Below are positions 12,321-27,167 of a stretch of DNA of 64,000 bases, one piece after another; within the stretch, counting starts at the first letter, position 1, and each line of letters begins with the position of its first letter. Location: contig CP136572.1 in NCBI GenBank assembly GCA_035193785.1, forward strand, positions 1,056,001 to 1,120,000, written 5' to 3'. Both the position numbers and the translations under genes were made by a program. The notes beneath the pieces were generated by a model. It saw only the letters and a program-made list of their open reading frames with translations. It was not told where the DNA came from and made no database searches. The DNA comes from Planktothrix sp. GU0601_MAG3. Lineage in GTDB: Bacteria > Cyanobacteriota > Cyanobacteriia > Cyanobacteriales > Microcoleaceae.

Positions 12321-14392
12321 ATGATGCAAAATCGCTTAAATAAACGACAACAAAAAAAGCAAAAAAAAGTCAAGACAAAAGGACTTTATCAACGGGCATT
12401 TCGGGATGCTTTTAGCAAACTCGATCCGCGATATATGATTAAAAATCCTGTGATGTTTGTCGTTTGGTTAGGAACAATAATCACAGCTTTATTAGTTCTT
12501 GATCCTAATTTATTTGGAACAGTTCAAGGAGAAAATAATCGCTTATTTAATTTTCTGGTGACACTGGTTTTATTATTAACCCTACTGTTTGCAAATTTCG
12601 CCGAAGCGGTCGCAGAAGGAAGGGGAAAAGCCCAAGCAGATTCTTTACGTTTGACCAAAGCCGAAACCACCGCCCGCAAATTATTACCCGATGGTTTGAT
12701 GGAAGAAATTAGTTCCACATCGTTAAAAAAAGGCGATCAAATTAAAGTTATTGCTGGAGATATGATTCCAGTGGATGCTGAAGTAATTGCCGGAGTTGCT
12801 TCCGTCGATGAATCCGCAATTACGGGAGAATCTGCCCCGGTGTTAAAAGAACCTGGAAGCGATGTTGCTAGTTTCTGTAACGGGGGGAACTCGGATTATT
12901 TCTGATGAATTAATCTTACGGGTAACATCGGAACCAGGGAAAGGATTTTTAGACCGAATGATTGCTTTAGTTGAGGGAGCGGAACGGACAAAAACCCCGA
13001 ATGAAATTGCCTTAACGGTGTTATTAGCCGTATTAACTGAAGTTTTTTTAATTGTGGTTGCTACAATTTCACCGATTGCTAATTACGTTCAAACTCCGGT
13101 TAGTATTGTGATTTTAATTGCCCTATTGGTGGCATTAATTCCCACAACAATTGGCGGTTTATTAAGTGCGATTGGAATTGCTGGAATGGATCGGGTGGCT
13201 CAATTTAATGTGGTTGCCACATCGGGGCGGGCGGTGGAAGCCTGTGGAGATATCAATACGTTAGTATTAGATAAAACCGGAACTATTACGTTAGGAAATC
13301 GACTGGCTGAGGAGTTTATTCCGGTTAATAATTGTACCCCAGAAGCCGTGGCTAAAGTGGCACTTATGGCTAGTATTTTTGATGAGACACCAGAAGGAAA
13401 ATCAATTGTTAGACTTGCGGAAAAAATGGGGGCGACCATTAATTTTAATCGAGAATTAGCCGAAGGAATTGAGTTTTCTGCTAGAACTCGGATGAGTGGT
13501 ACCAACTTACCCGATAACAGTGAAGTCAGAAAAGGGGCTGTTGATGCCATTAAGGGGTTTGTTCGTTCTCGTGGAGGTCAACTAACGGATGATTTAGATA
13601 TCGCTTATCAGCGCGTTTCTCGTTTGGGTGGTACACCTTTAGCCGTTTGCCAAGATCATGAATTGTATGGAATTATTTACTTGAAAGATATTATTAAACC
13701 CGGGATTAAAGATCGCTTTGATCAACTGCGACGGATGGGAGTGCGAAACCGTAATGTTAACCGGAGATAATCGGATTACGGCGGAAGTTATCGCCAAAGA
13801 AGCGGGGGTAGATGACTTTATTGCTGAGGCGACTCCAGAGGATAAAATTGCTGTAATTCAACGGGAACAATCCCAGGGTAAATTAGTAGCAATGACCGGG
13901 GATGGAACGAATGATGCTCCGGCTTTAGCTCAAGCAAATGTCGGATTAGCAATGAATTCTGGAACCCAGGCTGCAAAGGAAGCAGCGAATATGGTGGACT
14001 TAGATTCTGACCCCACAAAGTTGATTGATTTAGTTACCATTGGTAAGCAATTATTGATTACCCGTGGGGCATTAACTACTTTTTCAATTGCTAATGATAT
14101 TGCTAAGTATTTTGCGATCATTCCAGCGATGTTTTCTGCGGCGGGTATTGGCAGTTTAAATGTTATGGGTTTGGCGAGTAGTCAATCGGCTATTTTATCC
14201 GCCCTAATTTATAATGCTTTAATTATCCCTGCCTTAATTCCTTTAGCCTTAAAAGGGGTTAAGTTTCGCCCCGTTAGTGCCAATCAATTACTTAAAGAAA
14301 ATATTTTGATTTATGGATTAGGAGGAATCATTGCACCCTTTATTGGAATTAAAATGATTGATAGCATAATCGCTATTATTGGTTTAATATAA
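12321..14392 (+). CDS. kdpB: K+-transporting ATPase subunit B; +1 frameshifts at 12871-12875 and 13745-13749
   Basis: [24 protein letters not shown] and [11 protein letters not shown] motifs. Confidence 0.95.
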
Positions 14393-14434
14393 AAAGAAAC
14401 CGGGTTTGTATGGTAAAAAAAACAGGAGTAAAAA

Positions 14435-14704
14435 ATGAAAAAATTCGATAACTTTAATTCAATATTACCGCGTGAAGCCAAAGGAATAATTTCCTTAATC
14501 CAAACTCAAGGTAAACGCAACCTGTTACCCATTTCTCTGTTTTTTCTGTTATCTTGTAATTTAATCTTTGCCCCGGTAATTTATGCAGCAACGGGAGAAG
14601 AAATAACCCGCAAAGCAGCTTGGGCTATTGGAGTTTTAATTTTAGTTACGATAGTTATTGCTCTCTATTTATTGGCTGTAATTTTACAACCTGAACGGTT
14701 TTAA
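14435..14704 (+). CDS. Cyanobacterial KdpG/KdpF-like small membrane protein
   Basis: Two hydrophobic segments ending YLLAVILQPERF (KdpF-like PExF tail), located between kdpB and kdpC. Confidence 0.75.
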   Translation: MKKFDNFNSILPREAKGIISLIQTQGKRNLLPISLFFLLSCNLIFAPVIYAATGEEITRKAAWAIGVLILVTIVIALYLLAVILQPERF

Positions 14705-14752
14705 AAACCAGTCAAACTCTCAAAAAATGTACTTTCAACTTCCAAATATACT

Positions 14753-15331
14753 ATGTTCAGAGATTTGTTAACCGCCATCCGCACCACCCTAGTTTTATGG
14801 GTGTTAACGGCTATTTTATACCCGGTTTTGATTCTAATAATCGGTCAAGGAATTTTCCCTTTTCAAGCAAATGGAAGTTTACTCAAAAATCCTCAAGGAG
14901 AGATTGTAGGTTCGGCTTTAATCGGTCAAAAGTTTACCTCCAATCGTTATTTTATATCCCGTCCCAGTAGCGTTGATTATAGTCGCGTTAACAAGAATTT
15001 AGCAACGGGAATTTCAGGAGGAAGTAATTTAGCTCCGAGTAATCCAGATTTGTTAAAAAAAGTAACAGAACGAATTGATCAACTCCAATCTAATAATATT
15101 ATGCCAGTGGCGGATTTAGTTTATTCATCGGGTTCGGGCTTAGATCCCCATATTAGTATCCAAGTAGCAAAAGCTCAAATTCAACGAGTGGCTGATGGGC
15201 GTTCTTTGAATCCTAATCAAGTGGAAATTCTGGTTAATAAAAATACTGAAAATAGATTTTTAGGAATTTTTGGAGAACCGGGAGTTAATGTGCTAAAACT
15301 AAATTTAGATTTAGACAACCTATCCAATTAA
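14753..15331 (+). CDS. kdpC: K+-transporting ATPase subunit C
   Basis: QANGSL, GSALIGQ.F, SGGSNLAPSN, SGSGLDPHIS and GEPGVNVLKLN motifs. Confidence 0.95.
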   Translation: MFRDLLTAIRTTLVLWVLTAILYPVLILIIGQGIFPFQANGSLLKNPQGEIVGSALIGQKFTSNRYFISRPSSVDYSRVNKNLATGISGGSNLAPSNPDLLKKVTERIDQLQSNNIMPVADLVYSSGSGLDPHISIQVAKAQIQRVADGRSLNPNQVEILVNKNTENRFLGIFGEPGVNVLKLNLDLDNLSN

Positions 15332-15333
15332 AA

Positions 15334-16484
15334 ATGATTAATAGCAGTGAAATTGAAACTCAAAAGAATTCCCCTGAATCCTATTATCAAACATCCTCTC
15401 GAAATCGCGGAAAACATAAAATTTTTATTGGGATGTCTCCTGGGGTCGGTAAAACCTATCAAATGTTAGAAGAAGGACATCAATTAAAAGCAGAAGGAAT
15501 TGATGTGGTGATTGGATTGTTAGAAACCCATGGACGGGAAGAAACCGCAGAAAAAGCAATTGGTTTAGAAATTATTCCTAAAAAAACTATTTTTCATCAA
15601 GGGATAACCCTATGGGAAATGGATACGGAAGCGATTTTATCTCGTCAACCGCAATTGGTTTTAGTGGATGAATTAGCCCATACTAATGTTCCCGGTTTTC
15701 TATTAAAGAAAAACGTTATCAAGATGTAGAAATTATTCTCAATCATGGAATTGATGTCTATTCAACGGTAAATATTCAACATTTAGAAAGTTTAAATGAT
15801 TTAGTTGCAAAAATTACTGGAGTTGTGGTTAGAGAAAGAATTCCCGATCGTCTTTTGGATGAAGCGACACAAGTTGTGGTGATTGATGTTACCCCAGAAA
15901 CCCTACAAGAAAGGTTAAGAGAGGGTAAAATATATGCACCTGAAAAAATAGAACAGGCGTTACAAAATTTCTTCCAACGTCGTCATTTAGTGGCGTTACG
16001 AGAGTTAGCTTTACGCGAAGTTGCTGATAATATTGAAGCCGCAGCAGAAACTACTGAAAAAACTTTATTTTGTAATGTGCATGAGCGGGTTTTAGTTTGT
16101 ATTTCTACTTATCAAAATTCACCCCAACTTTTGAGGCGCGGATTACGTTTATCAAATGCAATGAAAGCCCGTTTGTATGGGTTATATGTGGAAAATCCAG
16201 AACGTTTTTTAACTAAAGAAGAAAGTTTACTCTTAGAAACTTGTCAAGATTTAATTGAAGAATTTGGGGGAGAATTTATCCGAGTAAAAAGTTATAATGT
16301 CTCGGAAGCTATCGCTCAAATTGCTCAACAATATCATATCACTCAAGTTGTCCTCGGACATACACGCAAATCTCGCTGGGAATTGTTTTGGAAAGGATCA
16401 CCCGTTCAGCAATTATTACAACATTTAAAAGGGGTCGATATTCATATTATTGATGCTGAGAAAATATTGAATTTACCCTCCTAA
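15334..16484 (+). CDS. kdpD: Truncated KdpD (KdpD N-terminal domain plus Usp domain, no transmembrane or kinase part); +2 frameshift at 15695-15700
   Basis: GMSPGVGKTY, ETHGR, LVDELAHTN, KRYQDV and LRELALR motifs followed by a Usp domain and a stop. Confidence 0.9.
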
Positions 16485-16501
16485 TTATATTCGATTTATA
16501 G

Positions 16502-17756
16502 TTAATCTGAAAATAAGGTTTTAAAGCTGTGGCGACGATATCGGGGGGAGTCGGGAGTGAAATAACTCCAGAGGGTTTCCCAATAAAAAAATGAGATTCC
16601 ATCAAAGCCGCGATCGCGTACAACCTGCATTTGTTTTTCAATTTGCTCCATCGGAAACAGGATGGCGTAATGTTCCACTTAATAACCCAATAACTACCGG
16701 GACTTTCCGCCTCGCAATTTGAACAGATTCATGGTCTAATTCCGCAATAAATTTTCCCATACTATCTCGATAAACTTGTAAAATAATTTCATCTACTAAT
16801 CCTTGATTCACCCAAGTTAACCAATCTTGTAAATAGGTTTCATAGGTATATTCATAGGGATTAGGGGATAAAGAAATAATACAATTTGGTTTAACAGTTT
16901 TAACTTTTTTAACGATGCGTTCAACTAACTCCGTAATTTTATTTGCTCTCCAACTTCGCCATTCTTGATCATAATAATTATTCGGGGGAGATTGACCATT
17001 ATGTTCTTTTTGATAAAGTTTAATTGTATATTCATCATAGCCAAATTCCACGGGAAGACCAAAATGATCATCTAGTTGAATCCCATCAATCTTATATTTC
17101 ATAACTACTTCTACAATCAAATCTTCAATAAACTGTTGGACTTGGGGATGAAAAGGATTTAACCAGACATTTTGAATCGTCATCAATTCTAAAATTTGAT
17201 TAAAAATCCAGTTTTTAACTTTAGTTTGATAGGAAACATCCTCGGAATTCCTTAAAGGATTTAACTCTTTTTCCCCTTTTTGAGTTTCAGCAATCCAGTC
17301 GGGATGTCGTTGGACAATAGCCGAGTTTTTAGGCGCCATAAACCCATATTCAAACCAAGGAATTACTTTTAATCCTTTTTTGTGTCCTTCTATAACAATT
17401 TTTGAGAGAATATCTCCCCCTAATTGGGTGATATTTAATAAGGAATCTTGAGAGCGACCCATGACTCTTTTTCCCACAGCACTTTTATAAAAGGTGATTC
17501 CTCGATTCCAAACCACGGGATAAATTGTATTAAATTTGAGTTGGGATAATTGGTCTAAGGCGCGATTAATTCCCCAGGGGAAAAATAAAACTCCACTACT
17601 AACATTTGTTAACCAAACTCCTCTAATTTCCTTGGGGATAATCACAATTGGTTGGGAGGAGGTGGGCGGAATTAAAAGGGCGATCGCTAAAATTAATGAT
17701 AAAATTAAACTAGAAATTCCGTAGATAATTAAGCTGGTTTTTTTTCTTAATTTCAT
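16502..17756 (-). CDS. Glycoside hydrolase-like family 10 (DUF187/GHL10) protein; +1 frameshift at 16654-16658
   Basis: EIRGVWLTN, VIPWFEYG, WLNPFHPQV, DGIQLDDHF and LQDW motifs; restored tail GFDGISFFYWETLW. Confidence 0.85.
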
Positions 17757-17855
17757 TATTATACCGCAGATAAAATATTGATCATTCCTAGGGAGTTTGC
17801 TATCCATATTAGTGTCAACTTCAGCCCTAGAAATCCCTGCTTTAACTCTTAGATT

Positions 17856-17899
17856 AGATCACCCTAAATCCCCATTAAAAAGGGACTTAGGGGGGATCT
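17856..17899. repeat. Minimal copy of the AGATCCCCCTAAATCCCC...GGGGGGATCT palindromic element
   Basis: Same termini as the copies at 22605-22752 and 34325-34505, without internal tandem units. Confidence 0.75.
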
Positions 17900-17904
17900 A
17901 AATT

Positions 17905-19452
17905 TTAATATAATTTTTTCCATTGCTGATCAATATTTTGGGTGGTATCAATAGTAGTAACATAGTTTTTTTCGGAATCTGTAAAAGGTTGAGATGTGTC
18001 ACGTTGGGAGGTTAATAAATCAATAGTTGCATCGGAAATGTCTCCTTGACGTTGTTGTAGACGTTCTTGTAAAATATCCATGGGTGCAGTACATTCAACA
18101 ATTTGTAGGGGTAATTGATGGGTATGACAGGTTTCTATGACTTCTCCCCGTCGTTCTTGTTGTTCATATTTGGCATCTAAAATCACCCAAAATCCTTGTT
18201 TTGCTAATAATAATCCCAATTCTAATAACCGTTTATAGGTCTTTTCTGTCATCTCGGGAGTATAGATTTCTTCCCCTCCTTGTTCATCAAGAGGAACATT
18301 TGCTAAATGTTTTCTAACTGCATCAGAACGAATATGAATAGCATTTAATCGTTTAGATATTTGTCTGGCGGTTGTGCTTTTTCCTGACCCCGATAACCCC
18401 GACATCATCACGATTCCCCCTGAAGATCTGCGGGTATATTGCCAAGCTAATTTATAATATTGAGTGGCTTCTTGTTGGGCTATTTCTTTTTGTTCTTCAG
18501 TAATAGCCGGATCATCTAATATTAAGGAATTAACTTTAGCTCTAACATAGGCTTGACGGGTTAAATAAAAGGGTAATAACTGTAATCCTTCCCAGTCTCC
18601 GGTTTGTTCTATATAGGTATTTAAAAACTGATTTCCTAAATCCGCCCGCCCCCTTCCTTCCAAATCCATAACCACAAAAGCTACATCATAAATTACATCT
18701 ACAAAGCGAAATTCTTGATTAAATTCAATCCGATCAAATAGGAGGATTTTATCTTGATAAATACAGATATTTTTTAAATGCAAATCCCCATGACATTCTC
18801 GAATCCATCGGTTGTCAATCCGACCATTAAAAATAGCTTCATGGGTTTCAAAAAAGCTATCTGTATATTGTTTTGTTTGTTCATATTGTTCTTGAGTTTG
18901 ACAACCGCCAATATATTTCTGCGTTTTTTGATAATTTCCATCAATGGAATGACGAATTTGAGGAATTTCTCCAAATTTCAGAATATCATCATTGGTGGGA
19001 CAACTCAGATGAAACTTAGCCACAATATTTCCTAAATCCTCCATTTCCTGCTTAGTTAATTTATCTTGATTAAATAAATTAATAAACAAATTTTCTTGGG
19101 GGAATTGGCGCATTTTTAAGCTATATTCAATAGCATTATTTTGATTTTGATTCTCTCCAAATTGCAAGCGATCGCCTATTTCTACTATTGGTAAAACCTC
19201 TAAATACAATTCCGGCGCTTGTTGCTGGTTCATTTGCAATTCTTGTTCACAAAAATACCGTCGTTTTTCCAATGTCGAATAATCTAAAAATCCAAAATCA
19301 ACTATTTTTTTAATTTTATAAGCATATTCTCCAGTTAACAGAATAAAGGAAATATGAGTTTGTAAAAGTTCAATGGGTTCCTGTACCGGATGGGGATAAA
19401 AATCCGGTTCTAACATTTGTTGAATCAGCCGAGGAAGTTCAGAGTCATTCAT
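17905..19452 (-). CDS. Bifunctional aminoglycoside-phosphotransferase-like / AAA_33 P-loop protein
   Basis: QTHIS, AYKIKK, ECHGDLHL.NI and FDRIEFN motifs; C-terminal GLSGSGKST...IRSDAVRK. Confidence 0.88.
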   Translation of the reverse strand: MNDSELPRLIQQMLEPDFYPHPVQEPIELLQTHISFILLTGEYAYKIKKIVDFGFLDYSTLEKRRYFCEQELQMNQQQAPELYLEVLPIVEIGDRLQFGENQNQNNAIEYSLKMRQFPQENLFINLFNQDKLTKQEMEDLGNIVAKFHLSCPTNDDILKFGEIPQIRHSIDGNYQKTQKYIGGCQTQEQYEQTKQYTDSFFETHEAIFNGRIDNRWIRECHGDLHLKNICIYQDKILLFDRIEFNQEFRFVDVIYDVAFVVMDLEGRGRADLGNQFLNTYIEQTGDWEGLQLLPFYLTRQAYVRAKVNSLILDDPAITEEQKEIAQQEATQYYKLAWQYTRRSSGGIVMMSGLSGSGKSTTARQISKRLNAIHIRSDAVRKHLANVPLDEQGGEEIYTPEMTEKTYKRLLELGLLLAKQGFWVILDAKYEQQERRGEVIETCHTHQLPLQIVECTAPMDILQERLQQRQGDISDATIDLLTSQRDTSQPFTDSEKNYVTTIDTTQNIDQQWKKLY

Positions 19453-19629
19453 ATTTAAAAAGATAAAGCTAAAAACGAATTGAATGCTGAGGGAGAAAGG
19501 GTAATCACTTGAGTCTTATTTTTATTATCTCTGGAAAAAACTAAATTCTCAGGATTTGAAAATAAAAGTTACAGAAAATTTGCTATGATCAATAATTGAA
19601 TTGTTCAATCCGTTTTACAGAAATAGTCA

Positions 19630-20632
19630 ATGACAGAACCCAAATCCTTTAATGTCTTTGGTGTTGGAAATGCCCTCCTCGATATTTTGGCATTAGTTGA
19701 GGATAATTTTATTCAAACCCATGACCTAAACCGAGGCGCCATGACCCTGATGGATACCGTTAAACAGGGGAAATTGTTACAACAATTGGAGAATCATTCC
19801 CTAGAATTGCGCTGTGGCGGTTTCCGCGGCTAATACCATGATCGCGATCGCCCAAAGTGGCGGTACGGGGATTTATTCGGGTAAAGTTAGTATGGACACC
19901 AATGGCGAATTTTATCAACAGGATATGATTGCCGCCGGAATTGGGCTTGAAATTGAACCCGCCGATAGTACCCAAGGGCCAACGGGAACCTGTTTAGTCT
20001 TGACAACTCCCGACGCAGAACGCACTATGTGTACTAATTTGGGGGTTTCCACCACCCTATCGGTGGCGGATATTAATCTCGAGCATTTGGGTCAGTGTGA
20101 ATACAGTTATATTGAGGGCTATTTGTGGGATGCACCCGAACCCCGTAAGGCTAGTATTGAAACGATGGAACATTCCAAACGCCTAGGGGTAAAAGTGGCG
20201 TTTACCTTTTCCGATATGTTTTTAGTGGAAAGGTTTGGGGATGATTTTCGCCAGGTTTTAACTGAATATTGTGATGTCTTGTTTTGCAATGCGGATGAGG
20301 TGCGCCACTTCTGCGGTAGCGAAGATTTAGAGGTTTGCGCCCGTCAGTTGGGAGAAAAGGTGAATCTAGTTTTTATTACGAATAGTGATAAGGGCTGTTT
20401 AGTGGTGGAAAACCAAACCCTAATTCATGTCCCTGGGTTCCCGGTTAAACCCGTTGATACCGTTGGGGCGGGAGATGCTTTTGCAGGTGGGGTATTATAT
20501 GGGCTCACCAACGGTTTAACCACCACCCAAGCCGCCCGTTGGGGAAATTATCTCGGTTCCCAAATCGTCCAAATTCATGGCCCCCGCCTACCCGTATCTC
20601 AACAGGATAAGTTAGGGGAAATCATTAATTAG
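19630..20632 (+). CDS. PfkB-family carbohydrate/adenosine kinase; +1 frameshift at 19820-19824
   Basis: GNALLD, GGSAANT, FCNADE and DTVGAGDAFAGG motifs. Confidence 0.9.
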
Positions 20633-20640
20633 GCCCTAGG

Positions 20641-20831
20641 GTTCGGGGTTCGGGGTTCGGAGTTCAGAGTTCAAAGTTCAGAGTTCAAAGTTCAGAGTTC
20701 AAAGTTCAAAGTTCTCAGCGAGCAATAACACTCCCCCTGCTCCCCCTGCTCCCCCTGCTCCCCCTGCTCCCCCTGCTCCCCCTGCTCCCCCACTCCCCCA
20801 CTCCCCCACTCCCCCACTCCCCCTGCTCCCC
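20641..20831. repeat. Short tandem repeats: about 10 GTTC(A/G)(A/G)(A/G) heptamers, then (CTCCCCCTG)n and (CTCCCCCA)n
   Basis: Read directly, between convergent genes. Confidence 0.9.
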
Positions 20832-20835
20832 AAAC

Positions 20836-21420
20836 CTAAGCTTCGGCGTCGCCTTCCTCACCCCGCTCAGGATGAATGATACTAACAACCACTTGTTCGC
20901 CATCACCCGTGGCTTTAACTCCATCAGGTAAGTTGATTTCTCTAATGTGTAGGGCTTGACCTTGATGTAATTCCGTGACATCTATATCAATACGAGCCGG
21001 AATGTTACCCGGTTCGCACTCAATTTCCAATTCAGAGAGGACGACATCCAACAGACCGCCTTCCATTTTCACTCCGACGGGTTCACCGATGAAATGCAGA
21101 CGCACAGAAACGGTTAAACTTTCTTGTTGAGCCACGGAAAAGAAGCTCAGGTGATAGGGAAATCCTTTCCAAGAATGTTTTTGTACTTCCCGCAGTAGGG
21201 TTTTACCACTCCAAGAGATATCAGGAATGTTCAGTTGAATTAAAGCCTGGTTAACAATGTTCTTTTTGAGTAGGGTTTCTACGGTCTTCGCCGGAATGGT
21301 AATGCTAACAGATTCCGCCCCTTGATGGCCATACAGCACCGCCGGAATTAATCCTTGACGACGCAAAGCATTGGGTTTAGAGCCTTCTGGTCGTTTTTGA
21401 CCTTCAATTGTAATTTCCAT
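20836..21420 (-). CDS. rplY: 50S ribosomal protein L25 / general stress protein Ctc
   Basis: LRRQGLIPAVLYG, LLREVQ, HLSFF and GVKMEGG motifs. Confidence 0.93.
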   Translation of the reverse strand: MEITIEGQKRPEGSKPNALRRQGLIPAVLYGHQGAESVSITIPAKTVETLLKKNIVNQALIQLNIPDISWSGKTLLREVQKHSWKGFPYHLSFFSVAQQESLTVSVRLHFIGEPVGVKMEGGLLDVVLSELEIECEPGNIPARIDIDVTELHQGQALHIREINLPDGVKATGDGEQVVVSIIHPERGEEGDAEA

Positions 21421-21508
21421 GAGGTTTTTTTTGCTTAGGGTAAAACACTGAAAAATTTTTAGCCAAACTGTCATTATACCAAAATCTAGCCAAATCACCA
21501 TAAAAAAT

Positions 21509-21543
21509 CCTCCCCTGACCAAAGGGAGGACTGGGGCGGGGTC
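21509..21543. repeat. Diverged single arm of the PPLxKGGLGG palindromic family
   Basis: cctcccctgaccaaagggaggactggggcggggtc forms a hairpin plus G-rich tail and reads approximately PPLTKGGLGGV. Confidence 0.55.
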
Positions 21544-22554
21544 TAAACTAAACTATGATCGGGTTGATAGGATGTAATCGTCTTCATATATTGGGCGCGT
21601 TCATAGGCTGATTTATCCTCACAATGGAGTTGCGACATAGAAACCCTGCATTTGTTTAACAGAATCATATTCGTGTTCTTCCATCCATTCTTTCATATCC
21701 TCCTCCATGACTTTAATATAATTAAAACCATGACGTAATAAAGTAGAACAAACTTGGGTAATTTTTGCCCCCGCCATTAACGCTTTAATCGCATCGTGAC
21801 CCCTCTGAACCCCCCCAGTACAGGCTAAATCCGCATTAATTCGACCATATAAAATGGCAATCCAACGCATGGGTAAACGCAGGTCATTGGGACTACTTAA
21901 AATTTTTCCCGGTTCAACAATCAATTCCTCGGGGTTAATATCCGGTTGCAGAAAGCGATTAAATAATACCAAACCATCGGCCCCCGCATCGCAAAATTGT
22001 TTCGCCATATTTGCCATATTGCTGAAATAGGGACTCAGTTTTAAAGCCACGGGAATTGTTACTTCTGCTTTAACTTCTCTGAGGATATTGAGATAGTTTT
22101 GTTCAATTTGTTCTCCAGTTAAATTAACGTCCGTCGGTACATAATAAATATTCAATTCCAGGGCATTCGCCCCCGCCTGTTGTATCAGTTGGGCATATTC
22201 CACCCAACCCCCAGGAGAAAAACCATTTAAACTACCAATAATCGGGATATTTGTTGATTCTTTAGCCTGACGAATATGTTCTAAATACAATTCTGGCCCA
22301 ACGTGATATTCATCGGGTTCGGGAAAATAACTTAATGCTTCTGCAAAGCTATTAGTTCCATATTCTAAATGATGATGTAGTTCAAATTTTTCCCGCAGTA
22401 ATTGTTCCTCAAATAAGGAATGTAAAACCACCGCCGCCGCCCCCGCATCTTCCAAACGTTTAATATTATCAATATCTTCCGATAACGGCGCCGCAGCAGA
22501 AGGAACAATCGGGGTGCGTAAATTCAATCCCAGATAAGTTGTGGTTAAATCCAT
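21543..22554 (-). CDS. Dihydroorotate dehydrogenase-like flavoprotein next to nifJ; +1 frameshift at 21640-21644
   Basis: DLTTTYLGL.L, SLFEEQ, IIGSLNG, LELNIY, KLSPYFS and VLFNRF motifs; restored tail SAYERAQYMK. Confidence 0.88.
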
Positions 22555-22604
22555 TGTTTTTAGTCCTAAGTTTTAGATGATTAATAATGATTGGTTTGGC
22601 GAGG

Positions 22605-22752
22605 AGATCCCCCTAAATCCCCCTTAAAAAGGGGGACTTTGATTTTCCGGTTCCCCCTTAAAAAGGGGGACTTTGATTTTCCGGTTCCCACTTAAAAAGG
22701 GGGACTTTAATTTTCCGGTTCCCCCCTTTTTAAGGGGGGCTAGGGGGGATCT
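22605..22752. repeat. MITE/REP-like element: inverted termini AGATCCCCC(C)TA enclosing three 34-bp tandem hairpin units
   Basis: The unit cccttaaaaagggggactttgattttccggttcc starts at 22621, 22655 and 22689. Confidence 0.9.
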
Positions 22753-22773
22753 TAGGGGCAAGTTAAGAAGGGT

Positions 22774-26494
<3,721 letters not shown>

Positions 26495-26793
26495 CTACAG
26501 AATTATTGTGGCAATTTACGCGCCTGAATTAATCCTTGCTGATGTTTAGTTTGAATTGATAATCATTGTAATTCTGTAGTTCAACGGAGAAAATTTTTCT
26601 TAACAATTAATTCGGTTTTACCTAATTATCTCCGTCGTTGTTTAATTATTGAGAATTTTCCATGGATAAGTCCTGATCGACACTAAAACCTCCTTAAATT
26701 TTGATTAAGAATTTTTGAGGTATACTTTCCCTGAGTTATTGCTTTAGATCATCTAATAAAAATGGCAGAAAGTGGATCATAGCTTAACGTTTT

Positions 26794-27027
26794 TTAACTT
26801 ATTGCCATTATTTGTTGTAAGTCTGTTAAGGTTTGTTGCGCGGCTTGTTCATCCACAATGCTCAGAGCAAAACCAACATGAACAATCACATAGTCACCGA
26901 CTTGAACTTCTGGAACATAAGCCAGGTTGACCTCCTTGACCATTCCCCCAAAGCTGACTTTGCCGACTTTTTCCAAGGGGTCATCACCGGAAATACTCAA
27001 TAATTGACCTGGAATCGCTAAACACAT
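26794..27027 (-). CDS. hypC: Hydrogenase maturation chaperone HypC
   Basis: MCLAIPG...VGDYVIVHVGFA. Confidence 0.95.
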   Translation of the reverse strand: MCLAIPGQLLSISGDDPLEKVGKVSFGGMVKEVNLAYVPEVQVGDYVIVHVGFALSIVDEQAAQQTLTDLQQIMAIS

Positions 27028-27167
27028 CACTGCACCTAAAAATGTTACGTTTCTTGAAGCAAGGATAGAAAACCGATGAAAAATCCAGACCATTTCTTAG
27101 GGCAGGGATTGTCCCAATATTTCAGTTCGATCAATGCCACATCCATTATTAACCCAGGTTGATTAAT

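Noticed and set aside
20715..20981. 88-aa ORF with GSRGSR repeats
   Set aside because: It is an out-of-frame overlap with rplY that runs into the CTCCCCCTG repeat.
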